Position numbers and translations under genes: made by a program. Positions 18,304-25,478 of a stretch of DNA of 32,000 nucleotides are shown here, piece after piece. The notes beneath the pieces are model-generated. The model saw only the letters and a list, made by a program, of their open reading frames with translations, had not been told where the DNA came from and did no database searches. Within the stretch, counting starts at the first letter, position 1. Every line of letters begins with the position of its first letter. The stretch comes from Halogeometricum borinquense DSM 11551 (GTDB lineage: Archaea > Halobacteriota > Halobacteria > Halobacteriales > Haloferacaceae): contig NC_014729.1 in NCBI RefSeq assembly GCF_000172995.2, positions 1,950,001 to 1,982,000 on the forward strand, given 5' to 3'.

Positions 18304-19122
18304 GAGGCAGTCTGTCGCCGTAGTTGCTTCTTTCGTACCGGAGCGATACCGGGGGAACCACAGGAGAGTGTTTTGCCGCCGCGAAAGAGCGGCCGCTCAG
18401 TGGCTGTTAACAGCGTCAGATGTCGAAAAGTGGCCCCACCGAGGGCCGAGTTTTGGTGGAGTCGCGTGGTTCGACGGAGTTGAGGTTTGAACCGTATCGC
18501 GGTTTTCCTTGACCGCGGACGGTTCGATGGGCGCGCGTCGCCAGTGGCGAGTGAGTGGCGGAGTACCCTCGCCGGGTTCGAGGGCGTCCACGTTGCTGCC
18601 ATGGCGCGTTGATGCCGTAGCGGACCCCGTGCACTACGGCGTGGTGCGGCGGGTCTTGCCGACGTAGACGAGAAAAGCGCCTGTATGTCGGCGATAGCAG
18701 CTACGAAAGGCAGACGAATAAACCCACCGGGTGAATCGTTGACATAGAATGGGACAGCATCGAATACCCGACCCCAGTCGAATCCGACTGACGGATTCTG
18801 CTCTCGCCGTCCTCGACGAGACGCTACGGTGACATCCTCCCACACCTAACGTCGCGGGCCTCCCACCCGGTGTTGGGCGGGCAGGTCAATCCTGAAGGTT
18901 GGGAGTGTAAGGTTTGCTGGACAGTCAGCCAGTGGCTCTGCCACGAAGCCGTTACTCGTACCCCGTAGAAGGGCTTCGAGTTATCTGATTGTTTAACGAC
19001 TGTCGGCGTGGTCGGCTTACGTGTTTGATTTCGGCTCTCGCCGTGGCAAACACCGACTCAACTGCCAGTTCCCACGTACAACTCTGTGTGCAATGATTTG
19101 TGACTTAAATTGTCGGATTCAT

Positions 19123-19142
19123 CTGGTGGCTGAAGCCACCAG
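19123..19142 (-). terminator. Perfect 8-bp hairpin downstream of the SRPBCC gene
   Basis: ctggtggc-tgaa-gccaccag lies 17 nt beyond the stop at 19159. No T-run follows it, so its terminator role is uncertain. Confidence 0.3.
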
Positions 19143-19158
19143 TATCCTCCTTGAATCT

Positions 19159-19578
19159 CTATACTGTCTCTCGGAGCGCCGCTTCGAGATTCTCCAGTTC
19201 ACGGTCGAGATTCCGTTTGAAGAAGCGCTCGACACCGGGAACGCGTCCATCAACGACGAATTCGTTAGTGAGGCGGCTGCCGGTCTCGGTCTCCTCGACG
19301 GTGTGTTCGCCGGAGACGCGCATTACTTTCGATTTCCCGACGAATCGGACGAACCGGGGTGGATTGCGTTCGACATCGTTCGTCTTGATGGCTACCGTCG
19401 AGTTCAAGATGGGAATCGGGAGCGAAACGTGCCAGGTTACCTCGTTGGTGTTCGGTTCGACGTCGTATTTCTCGACCACACTGATCGCCTCTGCGCGGTT
19501 TCGAGGGTCAGCGATGAACTCCCAGATGTCCGCTGGTGGAGCGTCGAACTCGAACGCACGCCTGACACGTACCGTCAT
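19159..19578 (-). CDS. SRPBCC-family protein (polyketide cyclase/dehydrase, CoxG-like fold)
   Basis: 139 aa. The start MTVRVRRAFEFDAPPADIWEFIADPRNRAEAI is the typical SRPBCC N-terminus. Confidence 0.8.
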   Translation of the reverse strand: MTVRVRRAFEFDAPPADIWEFIADPRNRAEAISVVEKYDVEPNTNEVTWHVSLPIPILNSTVAIKTNDVERNPPRFVRFVGKSKVMRVSGEHTVEETETGSRLTNEFVVDGRVPGVERFFKRNLDRELENLEAALRETV

Positions 19579-19618
19579 ATCGACCGGCTACGGAGAGGAG
19601 GTAAAAAAGCCACCCGAC

Positions 19619-19843
19619 CTATCCCACGGTGACGCGCCACGTCGTAGACCGGGCGCGGCCCCACTTTTCGATCTCGACTTCCTCGGACTTCTCTGCAAGT
19701 CGCGGGAGACGCGCACCGACCTGCTTCGCAGAGAGACCGATGGCCTCGGCGATATTCTTCGCCCGGAAATATCGCTCGCCTGCGCCAACACTCTCCCGCA
19801 GGTAGGCGATAATCCGCTGTTCTTCGTCGGTGTAGTCACTCAT
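19619..19843 (-). CDS. Small winged-helix/HTH-like protein
   Basis: 74 aa and acidic. It has an HTH-like segment AKNIAEAIGLSAKQVGARLPRL. It lies 40 nt upstream of the SRPBCC gene on the same strand. Confidence 0.6.
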   Translation of the reverse strand: MSDYTDEEQRIIAYLRESVGAGERYFRAKNIAEAIGLSAKQVGARLPRLAEKSEEVEIEKWGRARSTTWRVTVG

Positions 19844-19900
19844 TTCACAGGTGCTAAGAGAGTTCCTGCCTTAACGGTTTCTTGTCAGACAAACGTTGGT

Positions 19901-20080
19901 TTACCAGAATGTCTGTGCCGCAACAACGGCGAGCGATGCGGCAATGATGGCGACAGCGAAGCCTACAGCGGCCGTGAGCTGGTCTCCAACGATCATTCCC
20001 GCCGCACCGATGACGGTGATAATGGAGAAGAGGACTGCAAAGCCGATTCCCTTGTCCGATTGGACGCTCTCTGTCTGCAT
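19901..20080 (-). CDS. 59-aa two-TM small membrane protein (below the ORF-track cut-off)
   Basis: Hand translation of the minus strand gives MQTESVQSDKGIGFAVLFSIITVIGAAGMIVGDQLTAAVGFAVAIIAASLAVVAAQTFW, followed by a stop. The ATG is cat at 20078..20080 and the TAA is tta at 19901..19903. It has two clear hydrophobic helices. Confidence 0.45.
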   Translation of the reverse strand: MQTESVQSDKGIGFAVLFSIITVIGAAGMIVGDQLTAAVGFAVAIIAASLAVVAAQTFW

Positions 20081-20180
20081 ATGCTCGGGTTCGACGGTAC
20101 CGACTTAGTTCATTCGACACTCTCTGGCACGACTGGCGGCAGCCGGACCACATTTGTAGCAGGAACGAATTCCGTTGTCC

Positions 20181-21473
20181 ATGTCCGGGCAAATTAGATC
20201 GGTGCTCATCGGGAGCACACTCCGAACCGCCGTTACGGCCGTTGCGGTACTCGCCGTTCTTGTCGGCGTGTTGGTCGCCACAGGTGTTGTCGGCGCACCC
20301 GCGGTTACGGGTGTCGAGAACCGTTTCGGAGCGGTAACGAACGAGACGACGACTATCGAGACAACCATCTCGGTTTCGAATCCGTCACCGTTTGGAATCT
20401 CTCTCGGCGGCGTGGCAGTGAACTACAGCGTCTGGATGAACGACGTTCGAATCGCCGACGGTGAGAAGTCGGGCGTCGCTATCGACTCCGGGAATGCGAC
20501 GGTGAACACGACCACGCAGATGCAAAACGAGCGTATCATTCCGTGGTGGCGGTCCCACGTTCGGAACGGAGAACACACGGTCGTCCAAATCGATCCCACA
20601 GTTCGTTCCGAGACGCTCGGGCGAACGTTCGGCGCGCCAAACGTCACGCGGGAGGTGAATACTGATATGCTCTCGCAGTTCAACTCCTCTGCGACCCGGC
20701 CAGTGAACGCCAACTCGCCCGTCGTTTCCGATCCAGTCCTCTACATCAACGAGACGAACGCGACGTGGGGCGAGGTGAACGAGTCGGTGACGCCGCTGCA
20801 TCTCAAATTCGTCGTGTACAACCCCAAACCGTACCCGATCACGGTCACACGCCTCGGATACGATATCTCGATGAACGACGTGGCCATGGGCGACGGAGCC
20901 AGCGAGTCGGGATACGTGATTCCGCCGAAGTCGACGAAGACCATCGAGACGACGACGTACATCCGAAACGAGAACCTTGATGAGTGGTGGGGCAGCCACC
21001 TCGAACGGAATCAGGTGACTGATCTTCGGATCGACTTCCACGCCCGACTGGACCTCGCGGGAGAGACGATCCGCATCCCGCTTGATGCGTTGACGTACAC
21101 CGAAACCATCGAGACGGACCTCTTCGGCACCAAGCCTGCAACGATGGCGAACGAGACGGGTGAGGGAGGCACAGAAACGTCAACCGATAACGACGACTCT
21201 TCGACCGCGACCGAGACGGCAACGGAGACGGCGACACCGACGGAGACAGCGGCCGAAGGCGATGACGATGGTGGACTCCTCGATGACGGCACCGCGACGG
21301 AGACGGCTACATCGACCGAGACGGCAACAGCAACATCGACGGGAACCGCGACCACAACGGAAACCGAGACCACGACAGAAACTGAGACGGCGACGGAAAC
21401 TGCCACCGAGACGGACGACGGCCTGTTCTCGTTCCGACCGTCTGCCGACTCCGCGGTCCGGACGTTACGGTAA
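20181..21473 (+). CDS. Membrane-anchored LEA_2 / WHy-repeat protein with a Thr/Glu-rich C-terminal tail
   Basis: The ATG at 20181 is preferred; the track starts at TTG 20175. It has an N-terminal TM helix (AVTAVAVLAVLVGVLVATGVV). Two modules resemble LEA14/LEA_2, including the pattern 'NPxPFxIxxxxxxYxVxMNDVxxAxG'. A (T-E-T-A)n tail follows. Confidence 0.7.
   Translation: MSGQIRSVLIGSTLRTAVTAVAVLAVLVGVLVATGVVGAPAVTGVENRFGAVTNETTTIETTISVSNPSPFGISLGGVAVNYSVWMNDVRIADGEKSGVAIDSGNATVNTTTQMQNERIIPWWRSHVRNGEHTVVQIDPTVRSETLGRTFGAPNVTREVNTDMLSQFNSSATRPVNANSPVVSDPVLYINETNATWGEVNESVTPLHLKFVVYNPKPYPITVTRLGYDISMNDVAMGDGASESGYVIPPKSTKTIETTTYIRNENLDEWWGSHLERNQVTDLRIDFHARLDLAGETIRIPLDALTYTETIETDLFGTKPATMANETGEGGTETSTDNDDSSTATETATETATPTETAAEGDDDGGLLDDGTATETATSTETATATSTGTATTTETETTTETETATETATETDDGLFSFRPSADSAVRTLR
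21201..21413 (+). repeat. Low-complexity ACN-GAG (Thr-Glu-Thr-Ala) coding repeat
   Basis: STATETATETATPTETAAEG...TATETATSTETATATSTGTATTTETETTTETETATETATET, with an acidic GDDDGGLLDDG interruption. Confidence 0.75.
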
Positions 21474-21494
21474 GCGTTCGTATCGCCGACAGGC

Positions 21495-21500
21495 TTTTAC
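21495..21500 (+). promoter_or_regulatory. TATA-like box (TTTTAC) positioned for a leaderless transcript starting at ATG 21527
   Basis: Its spacing of about 27-32 nt to ATG 21527 is similar to the TATA-to-start spacing at the tfe and DUF2797-like genes in this window. Confidence 0.3.
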
Positions 21501-21641
21501 CCACCCCCTCGAAACGTGGGGGTACAATGAACCGGAGTACCCAAGCTCCTGGTCGAGTTCTTCTCGTCCGATGAGAACCCTATCTCGGTAACTACGAACG
21601 ACGAGTCCGTTGTCGTTCATGTCGGTAACAGTTCCTGTGAA

Positions 21642-22028
21642 ATGTCCAGAGCGGACGCCGCCGAGTTGCAAGACGCCATCGGCGCTGCTATCACAGAGAA
21701 ACAGGAGTTCTTCCGCACAGCGGGTGAACACCGCATGGACGGCAGCTACGTCGTCTCACGGCGCGGTGCCGACTCAGCGGGCAATACGAAGGTGTTCGAT
21801 AGCTTCGACGCGCTGCGCCGGTTGTTCGACCGCTTACCCGACGAGTTCACCGCCGACGACGTGAGTCGAACGGGAATCACCGGGTCGCGGCGACACATGG
21901 TTGTGCGCCATTTCGGTGAGCATCCGGCGTTCGACTGCGACATCGCACAGCGGAATCCGCTGACGGTCGTCAAGACCGACGCCGCGGACGCCGGTGCAGG
22001 GGAGGCCGCCGACGTGACGGCCGACTGA
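21642..22028 (+). CDS. Conserved-looking acidic hypothetical protein (N-terminus probably longer; see findings)
   Basis: 128-aa ORF with high GC3 and acidic composition. The in-frame region 21531..21641 upstream has no stop and also looks coding. Confidence 0.6.
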   Translation: MSRADAAELQDAIGAAITEKQEFFRTAGEHRMDGSYVVSRRGADSAGNTKVFDSFDALRRLFDRLPDEFTADDVSRTGITGSRRHMVVRHFGEHPAFDCDIAQRNPLTVVKTDAADAGAGEAADVTAD

Positions 22029-22075
22029 CCGCCACCGTCGTCCGAAAAATATCACACCGCGAAAATCCGCGACGA

Positions 22076-23107
22076 TTAACCGATAGTGACGTGATCGGAC
22101 TCCTCGTTGAGAGCGAGGTTCGCCGCAATCTCTGCGTTCCGCATCGCATACTGTGCGGTCTGTTGGAGGCTGACCAGCACTTCGCGTATCTGCAGGAGCT
22201 TCTGGTTATCCATCTCGTCTAAGTCATCGAGGATGTCGCGCTCTTTGTCCCGAATGTCGCGGAACAGTTCGCGGCACTCGACGGTCAGGTCGTAGTCCCG
22301 TTCGACCACTGACTGGACTGCGGTCGCCGTGATTTTGTCCACCTGATCGGTGAACTCGCGGATGCGCCGCATCGTCGTAGAGTCGATATCGAGCGTATGG
22401 CCGTCGGCGTCCATCACGATATTGGCGATATCTTCTGCGTTGTCGGCTGTGAGTTCGAGGTTCTTGGCCACCGACCGGTAGCCGATGAGGGGGAATCCGG
22501 ATTCGAGCCCCACGGCTCGGCAGAGGTTCGGGTTCTGGTACGCCGTGAAGATGAGGCGAAGGAGGAGGACGAATATCTTATTCGCCTGCCGTTCACGGTT
22601 GAGTGCGCGCTGTGCGAGGTCGGGATTTCCGTGTGCGAGTGCCTTGATGGCCTCGCCGCGCATCGTACTCCCCGTGTTCTCTAAGCGTTCCAGAAGGTTG
22701 TCGAGACTGAAATCCTCGGGGTCCACAGAGCAACGGATGGCGATCCGTTCCGGCGTCTCCTCGATGACGCCGAGTCCCATCAGTTGCGTCTCCGCTTTGT
22801 AGACGGCGTTGATGTGTTCGGAATCCAGTGCCCCTTCGCTCTTCTCGATGTGGATGACTCGCCGACCGAGTACGTACTGGGCGACGATTGCCCGTTCGAG
22901 TGCGTCCGCGTTGAGCGCGTCAGCACGAATCGTCGCCAACGCGTCCTCTTGACTTGCGGACTCGGGAAGCACCGTCAGCGTCCCTTTGCCGCCCATTCGG
23001 AGGGACACCTCGTCGCCCTTGTTCACGTTGTGTTCTTTGGCCCACTCTGCCGGGAGCGTCATCGCCAGCGTGGAGGGACCCAATCGCTGTACCTTACGCG
23101 TCTCCAT
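22076..23107 (-). CDS. PhoU-domain regulator with an N-terminal AbrB/SpoVT DNA-binding domain
   Basis: Start at METRKVQRLGPSTLAMTLPAEWAKEHNVNKGDEV, the SpoVT/AbrB swapped-hairpin motif. Two PhoU-like helical repeats follow. Confidence 0.85.
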   Translation of the reverse strand: METRKVQRLGPSTLAMTLPAEWAKEHNVNKGDEVSLRMGGKGTLTVLPESASQEDALATIRADALNADALERAIVAQYVLGRRVIHIEKSEGALDSEHINAVYKAETQLMGLGVIEETPERIAIRCSVDPEDFSLDNLLERLENTGSTMRGEAIKALAHGNPDLAQRALNRERQANKIFVLLLRLIFTAYQNPNLCRAVGLESGFPLIGYRSVAKNLELTADNAEDIANIVMDADGHTLDIDSTTMRRIREFTDQVDKITATAVQSVVERDYDLTVECRELFRDIRDKERDILDDLDEMDNQKLLQIREVLVSLQQTAQYAMRNAEIAANLALNEESDHVTIG

Positions 23108-23209
23108 ATCGTCTCCCTTGTTGGGGATGACCTTAATCCTCACTATATGCCGATTATATAGATGTACAGAATTGGGATGTCATATGACAGCAGGGAAGAA
23201 CGATACCGA

Positions 23210-24292
23210 TCAGACGACTTGCATCATCCGCCGCTCGAACCGGCCGACGCGGACTCGTGTCCACCCCGTGAGTTCCTCGTCCAGTTCCGGGTCGTCGGTA
23301 TCGACGTGTAGTTCGCCGACCCCGTCGAGTTTCGCCCGCGAAGCGATGATCTCCACGTCACACTGTCGGATCACGTCGGGCGACAGTTGGGGGTTCCCGC
23401 GCCCGAACACGAATCCCTGCCCGCCAATCGGTGAGACGACGATGACGTTCTCACCCTCTGAACCCAAGGCGTCTAGAATCTCTGACTCCGTCGCGTCCCG
23501 GACCACCACCTCGCCATCGCGCCATACGTCCACGCCGATGGGCGACCCCTCGAACCCGAGTTCGGCCTTCACCGCGCCGACGGTACTGCCCGGTCCGAGG
23601 ACGAACGTCTTCTCGGAAGCGTCGCGGATATCGTCTGCGACGCCCGCGGCCAGAGCATCAACTGTGCCGCCGCCGAGTTGCTTCGACGACTGCATGTCGT
23701 CGGCGACGGGGACGGTGGCGACAGCGCGGAGTTCGGGGTGGACCTCACCCTCGCGGTAGTCGTCCTCGTCGATATCCATCACTTCCCGCCGTTCGGTCCG
23801 GTCGAACGTCGTCGCCACCGTCGCCGCGTCCTCGGGAGAGACTGCAAACACCGACGAGTAGACTTTCACACCCGCCGGCGCGCCGAGCATCGGCACCGTC
23901 TCGTCGGCCCCGGCGGCGGCCAGTGCCTCTGCAACGTCCGCGGCGGTGCCGTCGCCGCCGACGAACAAGACGAGATCAACAGCCGCATCGACGAACGCCT
24001 CAACGGCGCGGCGCGTGTCTTCGGCTGTCGTCTCCGCTGACTTCGGTGCCCCGAGAACCTCCGGGGAGAGACCGATATCTGTTGCCTCCGACTCGCCCAT
24101 CTCGCCACCCCAGACGAAGACAGTCACCGCCTCGTTCGCGTCACGCAACGCCTCAAACATCCGACGCGCACGGTTCGGGGCGCGAGGGTCCGCACCGCGG
24201 GCACGTGCCTCCTCGACTTTCCCGTCGGTCCCCTTCAGTCCGACCCGACCGCCCATTCCCGCGATGGGGTTCACGACGACACCGATTCGCAT
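23210..24292 (-). CDS. ATP-NAD kinase family protein (COG3199-like)
   Basis: Start at MRIGVVVNPIAGMGGRVGLKGTDG. It has the diacylglycerol/NAD-kinase GGDGT motif (LFVGGDGTAADV). Confidence 0.8.
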   Translation of the reverse strand: MRIGVVVNPIAGMGGRVGLKGTDGKVEEARARGADPRAPNRARRMFEALRDANEAVTVFVWGGEMGESEATDIGLSPEVLGAPKSAETTAEDTRRAVEAFVDAAVDLVLFVGGDGTAADVAEALAAAGADETVPMLGAPAGVKVYSSVFAVSPEDAATVATTFDRTERREVMDIDEDDYREGEVHPELRAVATVPVADDMQSSKQLGGGTVDALAAGVADDIRDASEKTFVLGPGSTVGAVKAELGFEGSPIGVDVWRDGEVVVRDATESEILDALGSEGENVIVVSPIGGQGFVFGRGNPQLSPDVIRQCDVEIIASRAKLDGVGELHVDTDDPELDEELTGWTRVRVGRFERRMMQVV

Positions 24293-24398
24293 ACTCGAAT
24301 CGAGTGACGGCCGCCTCAAAAGCGCGCCGGTGCAGGCAGCGGGTTCGCCGATGCCGGAAGTTCAACGTTTAAGAAAGGTGCCCAGTAAGGGTGAAGCA

Positions 24399-24515
24399 AT
24401 GATGATTCCGCTCGAAGTCACCGGCGAACCGTTCCCTATCATGGAAACCGGCGCAGTGATTCTCATCCTGAGTCTCCTCGTGGCTGCCGGTTGGCTGTTC
24501 TACCTCTACCGGTAG
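24399..24515 (+). CDS. Candidate 38-aa single-TM micro-protein
   Basis: MMIPLEVTGEPFPIMETGAVILILSLLVAAGWLFYLYR, stop 24513..24515. It occupies the otherwise empty 197-nt gap between two minus-strand genes. It is only the terminal part of a long antisense ORF, so the call is weak. Confidence 0.3.
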   Translation: MMIPLEVTGEPFPIMETGAVILILSLLVAAGWLFYLYR

Positions 24516-24516
24516 C

Positions 24517-25215
24517 CTACTTCGCTTCGTCGGCGATTTCAACTCGCTCTTCCAGCCATCCGGCCGCATCTCGCAGTTCAGACTCGTCGTTCGCGGTCAG
24601 TTTCAGCCGAACGTCGTCGCCGGGATAACTCCCGACCGTTACGTCGAACATCTCTTGAACGTCGTGCAAACGCCCGACGAGTTCGCTCTCGGGTTCGACT
24701 GTCCGAACCGTCTCCGTGTACGTCGTCTCGCCGTTAAACTCGGATTCGATGCGTTCGAACATCGCCTTCATCTCCTCGGGGACGCCGGGGAGCACGTAGA
24801 TATCTTCGACGACGGCACCGGGTGCGACCCCCACCTCGTTCGGGAGCATCCGCGCACGCGCCGGAAGGTCCGTTGTCCCCTCGGATAACTCCGCTGCGGC
24901 GTACCCGCCGTGTTCGGTCAGCCACTCTAAGGCCGCCTCGTGTTCGACCAGTTCGCGGCCGACGGCGGCGGCGACGCCAGCCATCGTCAGGTCGTCGTGC
25001 GTCGGTCCGAGTCCGCCCGTGACGATGACGGCGTCGTACTCGGCACGATACTCGTTGACGACGCGGGCGATTTCGGCGACCCGGTCCGGGACTGTCGTCA
25101 CGCGTTCGACGCGGACGCCCCGTGCAGTCAACCGCTCTGCCAACCACGACGCGTTCGTGTTCACCGTGTCACCGGCGAGGAGTTCGTCCCCGACGGTCAC
25201 GACTGCAATTCGCAT
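24517..25215 (-). CDS. CinA-like / MoCF-biosynthesis (MoaB/MogA-fold) domain protein
   Basis: Start at MRIAVVTVGDELLAGDTVNTNASWLAERL; it also has GGLGPTHDDLT. Confidence 0.8.
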   Translation of the reverse strand: MRIAVVTVGDELLAGDTVNTNASWLAERLTARGVRVERVTTVPDRVAEIARVVNEYRAEYDAVIVTGGLGPTHDDLTMAGVAAAVGRELVEHEAALEWLTEHGGYAAAELSEGTTDLPARARMLPNEVGVAPGAVVEDIYVLPGVPEEMKAMFERIESEFNGETTYTETVRTVEPESELVGRLHDVQEMFDVTVGSYPGDDVRLKLTANDESELRDAAGWLEERVEIADEAK

Positions 25216-25298
25216 ACCGCCCTTAGGTACGAGGACTGCAAAAGCCCCGCGGCACACCTCGGTGGATGCCTCCGAACGATTCTGCTCGCCCGGGCTGT

Positions 25299-25408
25299 TC
25301 TACAGGCGGAGCAGGCCGAGTGCCTCGGGGTCTCGCAAATCGCTCTGCGATTTGCTGGATACACAGGAAATCGAAGATTTCCCTTGACTTGACCCCGAGG
25401 CGGTTCAC
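25299..25408 (+). mobile_element. MITE-like / structured RNA-like repeat, copy B (intergenic)
   Basis: It has the same sequence and stems as 3697..3804; the outer stem is 25323-25332/25391-25400. It lies between the divergent cinA-like and glycerophosphodiesterase genes. Confidence 0.55.
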
Positions 25409-25478
25409 TCGTTGTCACACGAGCCATATATAGGGCGCTTACCAGCATTTTTCTCCTCACCGGCAGAACTCGGCGGTA

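Noticed and set aside
18489-18525. Hairpin GAACCGUAUCGCGG-UUUUCCUUGA-CCGCGGACGGUUC resembling group II intron domain V (GAGCCGUAU...ACGGUUC)
   Set aside because: The catalytic AGC triad is AAC here, and the loop is 10 nt rather than a GNRA tetraloop. No reverse-transcriptase or maturase ORF is present. In this orientation the intron body would have to overlap the aldehyde dehydrogenase gene. The resemblance is probably coincidental.
18304-19122. RNase P RNA, SRP (7S) RNA or an intron-containing tRNA as the identity of the ORF-free gap
   Set aside because: I found no GAGGAAAGUCC or ACAGAACCCGGCUUA cores on either strand. There is no GGAA-tetraloop helix-8-like motif. There is no GTTCGAATC T-loop with a matching acceptor stem. 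The identity is left open rather than assigned.
21414-21473. PGF-CTERM/archaeosortase sorting signal after the Thr/Glu-rich tract of the LEA_2 protein
   Set aside because: No PGF motif or hydrophobic helix appears in the annotated frame or in either alternative frame downstream of the tract.
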